Shown here: positions 12,516 to 25,584 of the stretch, one piece after another | How positions within the stretch are numbered: position 1 is the stretch's first letter | Layout of the letters: the number at the start of each line of letters is the position of its first letter | Origin: Macrostomum lignano | Lineage: Eukaryota | Length of the DNA stretch: 64,000 nucleotides | NCBI GenBank assembly: GCA_002269645.1 | Contig: NIVC01002117.1 | Coordinates: 61,886-125,885 of the forward strand | Direction of reading: 5' to 3' | Translations under genes and position numbers: made by a program | Notes under the pieces: model-generated | Told to the model about the DNA's origin: nothing | Databases searched by the model: none | Seen by the model: only the letters and a program-made list of their open reading frames with translations

Positions 12516-13879
12516 AAGTTTTAAAGGCATCAAATCTTACTTTAACACACATATACTCCAATTTTGTTTACCTATATTCCAACTATTTAGCAAGTCTTTG
12601 TTTGAGAATGACTTCTGATTTAAGAGTGTATGAAAAAAAAATAGTTCCGGGGATTGAAATTCACCGGATTTTAAGTTCATGGGTTTTAACAGCTTGTCGC
12701 AAATATACTCATATTTAGAGATAGCGAATTAGAGAAAGGAAAGGGGTTTCTAGCATTGGTGAGTCAAGAAGGGGGTTGGGGCGATCGATAGCGGTTACAG
12801 TACAGAGCGAAGGAGGGGGGGGGGCGAGGCAGGTAAATTGTATATTAATTTGATAATTGAATATGAGCGTATTGAAAATAGGCAGAAATTGCTTTAAAAG
12901 AGCGACAGCACTTGTCCCTAGCGCAATCCTATGGTATTGTCTATGGCCTTCATCTTTTTGTACGCAAAAGCTTATTTCTGCCTACTTTCAAGGGCTAACG
13001 AATCGGTACCCAGTGCTCGAATCCTGGACAGATAGGAATCACTACACACTAAGAAGCGCTTTGCTAACGAACTCTCGCTCCCTAATTCCCAAGGAACTTC
13101 TACTAGCGACCTTGAAAAGGCGCCGCATCATACAATGGCAGGAGAAATGAGCAAGAAGAGGCATTGGGCATTGTCTTTCCGGTGTTGCGTGTCTGGGAAG
13201 GGGGCCCTTCGCCGGCCGGCCTGGCTGCACGTGTTCGGCCTTAAAGTACGGTCGGAATTCGCTTATTCGACCGACTGGATGCCTGCGCATAGGCAAACCA
13301 TTGCAAAACCAACAGGCGGCGGCACAGCAGGCGGTTACGAAGCCCGAGCCGAAGGAAAAGTGATGGAGAGTGCGCGAAGCTGTTCGCTGGTTTCCCCGTA
13401 ACACAACGAATGTCACTCTGCCGGGAGGAACTGGGCAGCGAAAAGATAGATAGAGTAGGAAAGTGGAAGAGAAAGAAGGGGATGGAGTTGGAAAGGGATG
13501 AAACTCTCGTCTTTTCCGCATTGTGTTTTTATGCAATATTAGTGCAACTGGGCGAGCAGCTGAAGAAGTCTTGAAACTAGAAGCGCTTTAGACAGACTTA
13601 TATTATCCTACATCCAGTTAGCCACTAATATCTACGCTCGTACAATACCGAATCCGAATTTTTGTTCCGAGCCCCTGAAATCTAAAGTTCTAGTTCGAAA
13701 ATCCCTAGATCCAGGCTCCTATATTCGATATCCCGGATGCAAAGCAAAATATTCGGGTAAAAGATTCAATTATGGAGCAGTCAAACAGAATAAGTTGAAG
13801 GTCCAGGATCCAAGGTCGCACAACCAAGGTCCCAAATCGAAGGTCCAGAAACCAAGGTTCCAGACTCAATGTCCCAAAT

Positions 13880-14290
13880 CAGAGGTCCCAGATCCAAGTT
13901 CAGAGATCAAAGATCCCAGTCCCAAGGTCCCAGTTCCAAGGTCCCAGATCCAAGGTCCCAGTTCCAAGGTCCCAGATCCAAGGTCCCAGATCCAAGATCC
14001 CAGATCCAAGGTCCCAGATCCAAGATCCCAGATCCAAGGTCCCAGATCCAAGGTCCCAGATCCAAGGTCCCAGATCCAAGGTCCCAGTTCCAAGGTCCCA
14101 GATCCAAGGTCCCAGATCCAAGGTCCCAGATCCAAGATCCCAGATCCAAGGTCCCAGATCCAAGATCCCAGATCCAAGGTCCCAGATCCAAGGTCCCAGA
14201 TCCAAGGTCCCAGATCCAAGGTCCCAGATCCAAGGTCCCAGATCCAAGATCCCAGATCCAAGGTCCCAGATCCAAGGTCCCAGATCTAAG
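13880..14290 (+). repeat. 14-bp minisatellite (CCAAGGTCCCAGAT)
   Basis: Tandem units read directly. Confidence 0.95.
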
Positions 14291-14312
14291 GTCCTGAGTC
14301 CCAGTCGCGCAC

Positions 14313-14611
14313 CCGAGCATCTGGCGGGTCCGAGTGACTTTCACGGTGCTGCTTGTGAGCACGGAGCCAACAGGTGACGGCGCAGCTGAGGCGGGCACGA
14401 AGCCCTGCTGCATGTTCTTGATTATGCGGACCCGGCGCCGCTTCAAGATCTTCTTAGTGACGGTGATGTCCCCATTCGGCGTTGGGATCACCGAAGTCTC
14501 GTACTGGATCTCCTCCTGCGGCGGCAGCTCCTCAGTCTCCGTCCACTCCTCCAGTGCTGGCTGCTGCGACTCGTCCGGGTGCTCCGGAAGGCTGGCCAAG
14601 AGGCTCTGCAT
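14313..14611 (-). CDS. Candidate PDE4 alternative first coding exon A (99 aa, MQSLLASLPEH...TRQML)
   Basis: Good Kozak CCGACCATG; protein-like GC-rich ORF; phase-2 donor GG|GTGCGC (non-consensus) just before the satellite; 299 nt = 99 codons + 2. Confidence 0.5.
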
Positions 14612-15679
14612 GGTCGGCTGCGGTTTGCTTTGCTTTCTTGCTTGGAAAGCAGCAGTTTTTGTCTCTTTAAGACACGCAGAATTGAGACAGAAAGCAGAGA
14701 TGGCGGGACAGGCGAGGCTAAGCTGGCAGTGGCGGCCCTCTGTTTAGCTAGAGCCATTATGTATAAGGCCTTGTATAGTTCCCCGCCAACAGCCGGCCGA
14801 GCCGTTGGCACATCCCGGACACGCTCGCTGACGCGAAGCCCAGTGGGCCGGCGCCCCGCGGGTCCTCCGGAATCTCATCCCTCTACTGCTGGCCCGCGTG
14901 AAAGAGAGGCCGGGATCGGGGATTCGGGAGGCGGGGAGGGAAGAGGAGAGGGCGGATGCGACGAGAGAGATGGGGGAAAGAAAATGAAAGTGGAGATGGA
15001 GAAACAGCCGGCTGCTGCGGGAGTTCACAGAGATTCGATTTAAAATTTGCTTTGCGCAAAGTTGAGACTCCCCGGGGGCTCATTGGCTCAGGCGGGATCG
15101 GCACTGGTTTATAAACAGGAAGCTGCGATCCGGCTTCAACATCTCTGGATGTCGTCCTTAGTTAAAGCTTGCCTCAGTTTTGTTCCCGAGGGAAGATGAG
15201 CCGCTGGGTCTGGGCGGTGGGCGGTGGGCAGGCAGAGACCCAAAGAGAATTAATGCGGAACTGCCGCCCTGCCAGCCGGTAGCAGAAGAGGTGGGAACCC
15301 TGTGCTTCCCCCCCCCCTTACCCTCGACCCAGTCCGGTCGCGCGTGCATCATTGAAGCGAAGAAATTAAGTCGCATGAATTCCTAGAATACAGGATGAAA
15401 ATGTCGGAGTATCCGCAGATCATGACGAAGGGAATTCGGTCATCGGAGTGTGAGCAAAATTCACCAGGGAGTTGGACAGGCACTTTGGGAACAACTTGGA
15501 TCGGTGTTGAAACGATAATTGATGACCTGAGACTTGGGTCAAATACTGTCCCTTTGACTGCTGCCAATAAACTGGGGAAATGTAGAAATTTAACTAATTA
15601 TTAATGAAGTCGCGTCGTCCGATGATTAGCTACTGCTGAAGCTTATTAGGTTATTTTCTTAGAAAATAATTTCTTAACT

Positions 15680-16050
15680 TGCTCAGGCATTGTGAGTTGG
15701 ATTACCCAGGCATTGTGAGTTGGATTGCTCAGGCATTGTGAGTTGGATTGCTCAGGCATTGTGAGTTGGATTGCTCATGCATTGTGAGTTGGATTGCTCA
15801 GGCATTGTGAGTTGGATTGCTTAGGCATTGTGAGTTGGATTGCTCAGGCATTGTGAGTTGGATTGCTCAGGCATTGTGAGTTGGATTGCTCAGGCATTGT
15901 GAGTTGGATTGCTCAGGCATTGTGAGTTGGATTGCTTAGGCATTGTGAGTTGGATTGCTCAGGCATTGTGAGTTGGATTGCTCAGGCATTGTGAGTTGGA
16001 TTGCTCATGCATTGTGAATTGGACTGCTCATGCATTGTGAGTTGGATTGC
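15680..16050 (+). repeat. 23-bp minisatellite (CAGGCATTGTGAGTTGGATTGCT)
   Basis: Tandem units read directly. Confidence 0.95.
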
Positions 16051-16654
16051 TCTGAAGCTTCATATCATATAAAATGACGGTTTCCAAACGTCTACTAGAG
16101 GATCCTCTTTGACGAATGGGGAAATTTTTCTGCTGGTGGGATGTCCAGAGCTTATTTCCCAATCCATAGTAAAGCTATTTAGCGGGAGCTGAGAACACCG
16201 CACTGGACTGGAGCAAGTAGTGCGCATAGTGGGCCTGTCAGAGCCGCTATATCTAATATCTTCGCGCCAGTCTCTAGGCATTAGCTTCCCCCCTGCCTCG
16301 CACGCACCCGACAGAAGCCCGAGGCCCCATTCGGCACTGGTTCCTCCAAGCTGGGTTGCTAACGAGAGAGAAGGGGAGTCCAGAGAATGGACTGACGCGA
16401 GACCCGGAGCCCCGAGCCAATTTAGTGGACTGGCGCGGCTCATTCCGTCTCACCCCCAGTCTCTCGCCCGCATCTCTACAGCTCCTCTATCTATCAGTCC
16501 GAGCATCTATTCGCCCAAAAGCCCCAAGGCTCGAAGTGACAACAGTGCGTAGCAAGATGCAAATCTGAATTTCCAGCATTTCACTGGCTGCACTCGGGCT
16601 GGGCTAAGGCTAAGGCTGGGCTTGGTTAGCTTCCTCAGCTTAGCTTGCAGCTAC

Positions 16655-16860
16655 CTGGTAGTTCGCTCCCAGACTCTCTGCACCAGCCGGGCGTGAATGA
16701 AGTGCCTTCTAGCGGCGTGCGCTGTACTGTTGGTCCACATCAGCGAGTGCCGCCGCTGGGTCCACCTACCCGAGCGACCTGAGGCGGCGGCGGCGGTTGC
16801 GGCAGCTGCTGAGCCGGCTGTTGCCAGACGCCTTAATTCTCGACGACGTCCGAATTCCAT
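16655..16860 (-). CDS. Candidate PDE4 alternative first coding exon B (68 aa, MEFGRRREL...QRRHSL...WERTT)
   Basis: ATG at 16860; donor AG|GTAGCT phase 2; 206 nt; RRHS motif like the PDE4D3 N-terminus. Confidence 0.6.
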
Positions 16861-17664
16861 TCGGCTCTCTTATCACTAATATAGTTATTATTAGCTAAAG
16901 CCTATAGGCCAAATTTCTGTTGCGCCTTCAACCTGCCGCTTGAATTGCCTCCTCTTTTTTGTCTCACGTTGCTTTTTTATAAGCAGCGTCGGGGCATCGG
17001 ATGAGTTCTCTGCCGTCTCCCCACGGGCCTCTCTTTCCACCCCTGTGGATACTTAATTGGGCCGGCTGAGGATTGAGTTACGCCAGGGAGAGGCTGGAGA
17101 AGGAAATAGACTGACTGAGAGCGACAGGAAGACGGTGCTCCTTCTCGGCGGCGAAAGTGGGGAGGCAGCCGGGTCTGGGCTCGGTCTGCTTTTGCAATTG
17201 GATTGACATCGCTGCCGTGACATCTGCCGCCGAAGTGCGTCACTCGCTCTCTCCAATTCTCCCCTTCCCCTGCGCCCAGCTCTCCCAGATCCCACTAACT
17301 GCCTCTCCGGGGTCTCGGCTCACTTTTATTCACGGAAGCTCAGCCAGAAGCAGAAAAAATAGCCTTCGCGAAATAAACGGAAATTATTGAGGAGGCTCCT
17401 GCGGAATCAACACGAGTTCAATCTCACTTTGAATAGCAGCTGTTTGATAGATTGTCTTGATTAAACTGAATTAAACTCGACTTAATAAAAATTAGTATTT
17501 TGTTCGGTGGGTTGATAAGGATATGTAGGCAATTTATACCTGCTCCGAGTTGATTGAAAATGATTTCTTTCAGTTATCACTCGAAATTTTGACTATCAAA
17601 CAGTTTTGTTGAAAGATTTGAAGTATTTGTGCAATCCGAAAGTAAATTCTAATCGGATTTTAGA

Positions 17665-17962
17665 GTTTGTGAAGTTTAGGGTTTGTTTAGTGTAGAGTCT
17701 GAAGTTTAGGGTTCGTGAAGTTTAGGGTCCGTGAAGTTTAGGGTCCGTCAAGTTTTGGGTTTGTAAAGTTTAGGGTTTGTGTAGTTTAGAGTCTTTAAAG
17801 TTTAGAGTCTGTGAAGTTTAGAGTCTGTAAAGTTTAGAGTCTGTGAAGTTTAAGGTTTGTGAAGTTTAGAGTCTGTGAAGTTTAGAGTCTGTGAAGTTTA
17901 GGGTTTGTGAAGTTTAGAGTCTGTGAAGTTTAGAGTCTGCGTAGTTTAAGGTTTGTGAAGTT
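17665..17962 (+). repeat. ~16-bp minisatellite (GTGAAGTTTAGAGTCT / TTTAGGG variants)
   Basis: Tandem degenerate units read directly. Confidence 0.9.
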
Positions 17963-18016
17963 TCGGCACTGTGACCCCCCCTTCCCCCCAGAGGACAGCT
18001 GACCCAGCGGACAGAC

Positions 18017-18192
18017 CTGGCCAGGGTGCTCAGCGCAGAGAATCGAACGCTGCGGCAGCCGCCTGCGCCTGGAGCGGCATTCGGCGCAGACACGCTCCGC
18101 GAGTGCAAGTACATCGCGGCTGCGGGCTGGCGGAGCCGCACTGGGAGCTGCTGCTGCTGCTGCTGCTGCGGATTGCCAGTCGCTGCTTGCAT
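18017..18192 (-). CDS. Candidate PDE4 alternative first coding exon C (58 aa, MQAATGNPQ7...RSVRFSALSTLA)
   Basis: ATG at 18192; phase-2 donor AG|GTCTGT (weak); 176 nt. Confidence 0.45.
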
Positions 18193-19002
18193 AACTGCTT
18201 AGGCGGAATCAGTTTGTATTGAGCAAATCCTATACTTCTCACACAATCTCCGTCTCCGCTGTCAAACTATATAGGCATGCGACTCTCCCCACCCCTCCTT
18301 GAGCTTCACTGCTGCCCCCCTTCTCCCGTTCTCTTCCCTCCATGGCAAGCGCGGGCTGGTCCCCGGGCAGCTTAGTAGGGCGCAAGGAGAAACGCGAGCA
18401 AGTCTAGAGGCAGCAAGGTTGACTTGTGCGTTGCTTCCGATCGAGGGGGCTTCGGCCCAGCCAGATGACGCGGTGGATGACGCGGCGAGTCCAAATCCCG
18501 ACCTGCAGCCTGACAGCGAAGTGGGCGAAGGAGGAAAAAGGGGAGAACGAAGGAGCTGGGTGAGGTGAAAGAGAGAGACGAAACGGAAAGTGTGAGTTGT
18601 CCACTAGTGGAGTGGGAAGTTTTTAGGGGGGGGGCTGGGGGATCATGAATGCACACAATGGGTGTTGAGAACATCGCTAAGAAAACCTTGCATAGTCGAA
18701 CAAGAGGGCCGTAAGTCACATTGATTTTATTGTTTTGGCTAAGAGAAGGTGCACTGAGAAAATGGAGTTTCCCTATGGAATTTCCCTATGCAAAGTTTTG
18801 TAGGGAAAAATAGTTGATCAAGTTTACTGTTCACGTTCTATGTTACTTAACTAAAGCTTTTAAATTTGGATTGGGGTCTCTTATAAAAGTAATTTCGATG
18901 CTTTTCTGCTAAAATTTTTGTTCCATTTTGTATGTTCAGCCTTATGTGTTCGCTCTTACCAAATTAGTCATGAAAAAATTCATTTAAAAATTATAACTCA
19001 TA

Positions 19003-19420
19003 CTAGCAATCAGCGCCCCCCGTTGGGGAGCCAAAATGCAGTACAAGTTTTCTAATAAACTACATGTAGCGTCTCTTTGAAATATACTTTGTAAGCAGTC
19101 CCTTGTAAGCCTTGACATGTCAGCAATTCCCCCCACAAGCCTTAACATATCAACAATTCCCCTCTTGACATTTCAGCGATGTCCCACATAAGCCTTGAAA
19201 TCTTAAAAAATCTGTCAACCTTCTAACCCTAACCCTAGCCTAACCCTAGCCCTAACCCTAACCCTAAAGTATTAACATTTCAGTAATTCTCCCAAGAGTC
19301 ATTATAGCACTACACCATTATAGCGATTCCCTGCAAGCCACAACAACGTAGGGATTCCCAAATGAATCTCTTAATTTCGACATGACGCTTCTTTTATTTT
19401 TACATGACGCTTTTTCTATC
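19003..19420 (-). mobile_element. Solo 3' module of the Helitron-like family
   Basis: Reverse complement matches about 1990-2423 including the TTAGGG tract, the GGCTCCCCAACGGGGG hairpin and terminal CTAG followed by T. Confidence 0.85.
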
Positions 19421-19935
19421 ATTGGAACTCAAAATTCGAGATCAGGCAACCAGGATTTTCGGGACAAATTAAGCCATCCACAGCGCCAACAAGTCATTAA
19501 AAATGTTTTAAAGTAGAGCCAACTACTTTAAGTAGTTAATTTCTTAATCCTATTGATGGAGTGGGCTAAATCCTTGAAAAATATTATATTGAACTTTTTT
19601 TCCAAAACTTTCTTCCTTCCACAACTTGGGCGTTTTATTGTAAGCCGTATTTTGAAATTTCACGGGGAATTACTACTTCCATTTGGGCGTCTGTTTAGAG
19701 TTTTTCGTATAACTTTGCGCTTGGCTAATAATTTATTGATTAACAAAGTTAACTCTCACTTGTCATTCGTTTTCGCTTTCTGTCTATGGCCAAATTAAGC
19801 TAAGAACTAAATAAACATTTTAAATAGGAGGCTCGTGAAGAGCTTTAGAATGATCTGATCTGTGTAGCTGCTATGCGGATATTCACAGTCTTATAACTCA
19901 ACCACCAACCTGAATGGCCTTCGATCCGGACTCAC

Positions 19936-20084
19936 CAAGTGTTGCAAGAGTGCCGCCTGTACAGCAGCTGCAGGCCCACGCCAAGCCTGCTGTGCCTGTA
20001 GGCACCGGACGGCATCGTGTCAAACCTGACTCGCTGGCAGTTCACATCCGCCACCGGCTCCTGCAGAACAGGCAGTTGCAGCAT
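19936..20084 (-). CDS. Candidate PDE4 alternative first coding exon D (49 aa, MLQLPVLQEP...QRVRF...LYRRHSCNT)
   Basis: First ATG at 20084 (the ORF-track start at 20177 is GTG); consensus donor TG|GTGAGT phase 2; splicing gives RRHSCNTC-FDEN, parallel to human PDE4D3 RRHSWIC-FDVDN. Confidence 0.72.
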
Positions 20085-21759
20085 GGGAATCTGCGACACC
20101 TGCTGCTGCTGCTGCTTCTGCGCCCGTCGTTCCGTCGCTTGTCGACGGGACTCGCCTCGGCCGTTGTTGAAATTCACTTTTTAGCCGAGCGAGCCTTTCA
20201 AGCCTCTGCTACGTCCAAGCTGGAGTTCGGAAGTTTTTTTCTTGCCCGACGCCTTTCTGCTTCTAGTGGACAAGCGGAAAGTATGAAAAATTTTCTGCCT
20301 GGTGCTGCGATATCACTGAAAACCAAGTATGAGTTCTGGTTTCTGGTTCTTCTACTTTCTCTTCGGCATTGCGCTCAGTCGCTTTTTCAGCCGTCCAACT
20401 GAGCGCACCGCTGCCTCTCTCCTTCCCCTGTCTTTTGTACCCTCGCCTCTTCTCAGCGAATTTCCGAGCACGGGCCAGCTGCGAGAAAGGCATCAGGCAT
20501 TGCTGCGGCGACTGTAACAGACTGCTGCACCGTGTTTCTCACCCCATCGTTCGAATTTATTGTCGGCTTCTCGTCCCGCTCGGGACTCAAACGACCCGCG
20601 CCCGACAATGGAGCAGAGTTGCCAGCTCAGGCGGTGGGGGTAGGGCGAACTCGAATACCAAGGCGAGTCAAGTGCTGCTATGCTACTCCATTGTGAGTGG
20701 ACGTGTATTTGCTTTATTTTACCTCCGCGGACCCCGCGATGCGGCACAATAAATATTTGGGTGGGGGGGCAGGGCGTGATAGAGAGACAGCGCAGGTGTG
20801 GTGGCGGCGCCCCAGTTAGCAGAGGCCCGTCCAGGCTCAAAAAGATTCTGAAGTGGCCTTTGGCTGCGGCCGGTATTCCTGTCCCCCCCCATTTGATACT
20901 CAGCGGCCCCGTGACCCCACCGCCTGTAAACCTGCAACCCCCCCAGTTTCTCAAGCGGCCATAAACAGTGCCCTAAAACTGTACCGAATTGGCGCGGAAG
21001 CAAAATCTATTTACGAGCGTAAGATATTAATATTATATTAATTGTGATTATTCCAATTGGGAAGCGATAATAAATTTTTTAAAATTACTAAAATGATGAG
21101 CTTAACGTTTGAGGCGTTAAGAGGATCATGAAGCATGCCTTTGTACTGATAGTAGTTTAGAGTGCATTTCAAAGGTAAAGAATATTCCGCTCTTTACTTT
21201 TGTTCGAACAGAAGTCTTTCCATTCTCTCCACCTGTAATTCACTAACCTACAAAGTTGCGTTCAGAGAAATTCAGGACCTGTGTAAGTGTACGTACACCA
21301 GCGTATGTGTGTTCAGGGGACATTGAGAAAGGCCTTAGTAGGAACTAACTATTGCCAACAGCTCCAAGGGACTCCAAACTCTATTCAATAATGAGTAGAA
21401 AATCCCCAGCAAAGTGTCTTGAAGGGAAAACTTAGAGAGAAGAGTAAGAATCGAAAAGCTCCATAAGTAGGTGCATATGAGTACTAGGGTGGCAAAATGC
21501 AAAAAGAAACGAGTCTGCTTAAGGCCCAAGCCTAGAAGATTTTTGTTTTTTTACAAGCAGTAATGCTAGGCCAAACTACCAGCGCAGAGCCAGCCTTCCT
21601 GCTCCGGGAAACGGAAGTCAGCTGTCCTGATACAAAATCGAATCGCTGCGCAGGTGCGTGACACGTCAAAGGAACGGCTCAAAGGACAAAGAAAGCCGCG
21701 CACATATTGAATAAAGCAAAGAAAACTGCTTCAGCTGAAGCTCCTGACAGGCAACTCAC

Positions 21760-21887
21760 TGCGGCAGGGACCTCCGACCAACCATAGCCAGCATCGTCTG
21801 CCGGCTGCCGCCACCGCTGCCTCGGGCCTCCCGGTGCGGCGGCACCTGCGACCAGTCCACGGAAACTCGCTTGTTCCTGGCTTGCAT
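21760..21887 (-). CDS. Candidate PDE4 alternative first coding exon E (42 aa, MQARNKRVSVDW...GRRSLP)
   Basis: ATG at 21887; consensus donor CA|GTGAGT phase 2; 128 nt. Confidence 0.6.
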
Positions 21888-22984
21888 TTTCACCCGATCC
21901 GGCTGAGACTCTGCTCACCTCCGAGTCCGAGTCTGTCCGACCAATTTATCCTCATCCGGGCGCGTATTCGCCCTCTCGCTTCGCTGCCTCGACCAAATTC
22001 GACGTCACAATGGAGCAGCAAATCGTTTCGGCAAAAGCGTTATTTCTACCTTCCTATTCTCTCTCCCCCTCTCTCTTCTCGACCTTCTCAGACTGCAGTA
22101 GCCGCATCTCGGTCCAGGGGCCACCTGCATCGTTCACTGCGAAATCATTGATTGATTTGGAGGGGACGGTGAGCCTACGCGGCAATAAGTAAACCGCCGA
22201 TGAAGGGGGCCGCAATGGTAATTCGGCGAGCGCACTAGGGCGTGTAAAAAATGATTGCGAGTCTCGGACCTGTAAATGCAATTCCTGAATACGTTTGATT
22301 TATCGGCTAACATTCGACGATTGTGCAAAAACAGACCAGCGAGAGGTCAAAACCAGAAGACATTTTTAATTGAGGAAAGAATTCGGATTCGATTACAAAT
22401 ACGCAAAAACGTCGCAAATATCACTTTACTGACCAGTTTCTCAAAGGGAGCTGGGAAACTTGGGAAGAAGTAAAGCTACCTTCTTTCTCCACGCTAAGAG
22501 GATCTAAAGTGCTCTCGGCACCGAACAAGACTACCGTTGATTGGGCGCAGTTCCCACTCGTTCTGCAGTGCCAGCGTGGAGGGGACCTGGCCGGGGAAGA
22601 GATCAACATCCGACTAAATCGAATTCGCCTTTCTGGCGCGACTTGATTGCACTTTGCGTGCGTGGCACTGTATTCAATCTCATTGCCGCTTCAGCCACAT
22701 CTACCGGCACTAGAATCTATCTTCAGAGATTCTATGAGTGCTCACTCACAGCAATTGACTGGCAACCCCAGGGTGATACTCGAAGACCCTGAACTTTGAT
22801 TTACCTTAGTACTTTCTCTGAAGTCCATGTAGCATAGAAGCTGTAACTGTAGAACTGATGTCAAAATTATTTTGTTCAAGCTATTGAATTTGAGCTTGGT
22901 GTTCTTGTTAAGACGTTACTAGAGCCTTAGTGCTAGTTACTAGGGATAGGTAGCTGAGCGTTAACGCATCCAACGCTAAAGCCC

Positions 22985-23625
22985 TTGGACTGTGGGAGAA
23001 GTGTTTGATGCGCTGGTTTTGTTCAATCCAAGGACTGTGGGAGAAGTGTTTGATGCGCTGGTTTTGTTCAATCCAAGGACTGTGGGAGAAGTGTTTGATG
23101 CGCTGGTTTTGTTCAATCCAAGGACTGTGGGAGAAGTGTTTGATGCGCTGGTGTTGTCCAGCAAAAGGACCGAGCGTGAAGTGTTTGATGCGCTGGTGTT
23201 GTCAAATCCAAGGACTGTTTTTGATGCGCTGGGGTTATCCAACCCAAGGACCGTAGGTGAAGTGTTTGATGCGCTGGGTTGTCCAATCCAAGGACTGTGA
23301 GTGAAATGTTTGATGCGCTGGGTTGTCCAATCCAAGGACTGTGGGAGAAGTGTTTGATGCGCTGGGGTTGTTCAATCCAAGGACTGTGGGAGAAGTGTTT
23401 GATGCGCTGGGGTTGTCCAATCCAAGGACTGTGGGTGAAGTGTTTGATGCACTGGGGTTGTCCAATCCAAGGACTGTGGGTGAAGTGTTTGATGCGCTGG
23501 GTTGTCCAATCCAAGGACTGTGGGTGAAGTGTTTGATGCGCTGGGGTTGTCCAATCCAAGAACTGTGGGTGAAGTGTTTGATGCACTGGGGTTGTCCAAC
23601 CCAAGAACTGTGGGGGAAGTGTTTG
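22985..23625 (+). repeat. ~45-bp minisatellite (AAGGACTGTGGGAGAAGTGTTTGATGCGCTGG...)
   Basis: Tandem 44-45-bp units. Confidence 0.95.
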
Positions 23626-24196
23626 TGCGCTAGCGTCGCAGAAAATAGATTTTAGGTACAAAACAGGCCCTGCGGCACGCGTTGTTCCGCTTACAAACGG
23701 CACCCCTATTTAAGGCTCAGAGAAGCCAACTAGAACAAGTCCGGCACGCGATTGAAATCTGAAGTTTATTTTTTAGCTCTTCCATGATTCCCTTTCCGAT
23801 CAGATTTTCTGCTTGAAAGTGTTGATCCAGTCAAGCCCGCAACACAGAGACGGCGACGCCCGGAGGGGAGAAAATTTGAGTAGCGAAAGAAGCCTAGCAC
23901 GCGATCCGTGAGCACTTGAAAAGAAGCACCATATATGTACTATTACTATCGACAGAAAATAACATGACTGCCTCCATCTGATGGACCCACGGTTTTATGA
24001 CACAATTAGCGAAATTAGCTCGGTGATATGGCTGGGAAACTGCGTAGTTTTTAATCAATCCGGCGATGTAATGTACGAGCTAACAACTAGCAGCGAGATT
24101 CACCTTTTTTAACTGAAAAGCCAGTGCAATCAAAAGGTAGGGTGACAAAGCAATAAATTTTACTGCCCCATTCTCTGACCTAATGCTACATATAGA

Positions 24197-25352
24197 CTAT
24201 CTCACTGACGCTACTACCCTTACCATCGCTGTATCTATGGCCCGTCTCTCACTGACGCTACTACCCTTACCATCGCTGTGTCTATGGCCCGTCTCTCACT
24301 GACGCTACTACCCTTACCATCGCTGTGTCTATGGCCCGACTCTCTCACTGGAGCTACTACCCTTACCATCGCTGTGTCTATGGCCCGACTCTCACTGGGG
24401 CTACTACCCTTACCATCGCTGTGTCTATGGCCCGTCTCTAACTGACGCTACTACCCTTACCATCGCTGTGTCTATGGCCCGTCTCTCACTGACGCTACTA
24501 CCCTTACCATCGCTGTGTCTATGGCCCGACTCTCACTGGGGCTACTACCCTTACCATCGCTGTATCTATGGCCCGTCTCTCACTGACGCTACTACCCTTA
24601 CCATCGCTGTATCTATGGCCCGTCTCTCACTGACGCTACTACCCTTACCATCGCTGTATCTATGGCCCGACTCTCTCACTGGCGCTACTACCCTTCCATC
24701 GCTGTGTCGATGGCCCGTCTCTCACTGACGCTACTACCCTTACCATCGCTGTGTCTATGGCCCGTCTCTCACTGACGCTACTACCCTTACCATCGCTGTG
24801 TCTATGGCCCGTCTCTCACTGACGCTACTACCCTTACCATCGCTGTGTCTATGGCCCGACTCTCACTGACGCTACTACCCTTACCATCGCTGTGTCTATG
24901 GCCCGACTCTCACTGGGGCTACTACCCTTACCATCGCTGTATCTATGGCCCGTCTCTCACTGACGCTACTACCCTTACCATCGCTGTATCTATGGCCCGA
25001 CTCTCACTGACGCTACTACCCTTACCATCGCTGTATCTATGGCCCGACTCTCTCACTGACGCTACTACCTTTACCATCGCTGTGTCTATGGCCCGTCTCT
25101 CACTGACGCTACTACCCTTACCATCGCTGTGTCTATGGCCCGACTCTCACTGACGCTACTACCTTTACCATCGCTGTGTCTATGGCCCGTCTCTCACTGA
25201 CGCTACTACCCTTACCATCGCTGTGTCTATGGCCCGTCTCTCACTGACGCTACTACCTTTACCATCGCTGTGTCTATGGCCCGTCTCTCACTGGAGCCAC
25301 TACCCTTACCATCGCTGTGTCTATGGCCCGTCTCTCACTGACGCTACTACCC
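24197..25352 (+). repeat. 47-bp minisatellite (CACTGACGCTACTACCCTTACCATCGCTGTGTCTATGGCCCGTCTCT)
   Basis: Tandem units read directly. Confidence 0.95.
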
Positions 25353-25462
25353 TCCACAGCTCTGTCCTCCTATTGTTTTGTCTATGGCCCGACTGTCGCT
25401 GATTTCCTTCGTTCCCAAAAACGTTGATGCGTAGCATTTTAAACGAAGCGGCTCGCACTCAC

Positions 25463-25584
25463 ATCGCCAGGGTGTGCCTGCGGCACCGGTGCCTGGCTGA
25501 AAAGTTGCGCAGTTCGCCCAGATCGCCGAAGCTCTCTTCGTCCTGCTGGCTGACTAGCACAGTCGGCACTTGCAAACGGGCCAT
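25463..25584 (-). CDS. Candidate PDE4 alternative first coding exon F (40 aa, MARLQVPTVLVS...CRRHTLA)
   Basis: Strong Kozak GCAGCCATGG; consensus donor AT|GTGAGT phase 2; 122 nt; RRHT motif. Confidence 0.7.

Noticed and set aside
13042-13536. GC-rich ORF as another PDE4 first exon
   Set aside because: Only weak GT sites in phase 2; could be a promoter or UTR, but not supportable.
15300-15376. ATG ORF ending at a GTAAGG donor (15321)
   Set aside because: Phase 1, incompatible with the UCR1 acceptor; may be a non-coding exon.
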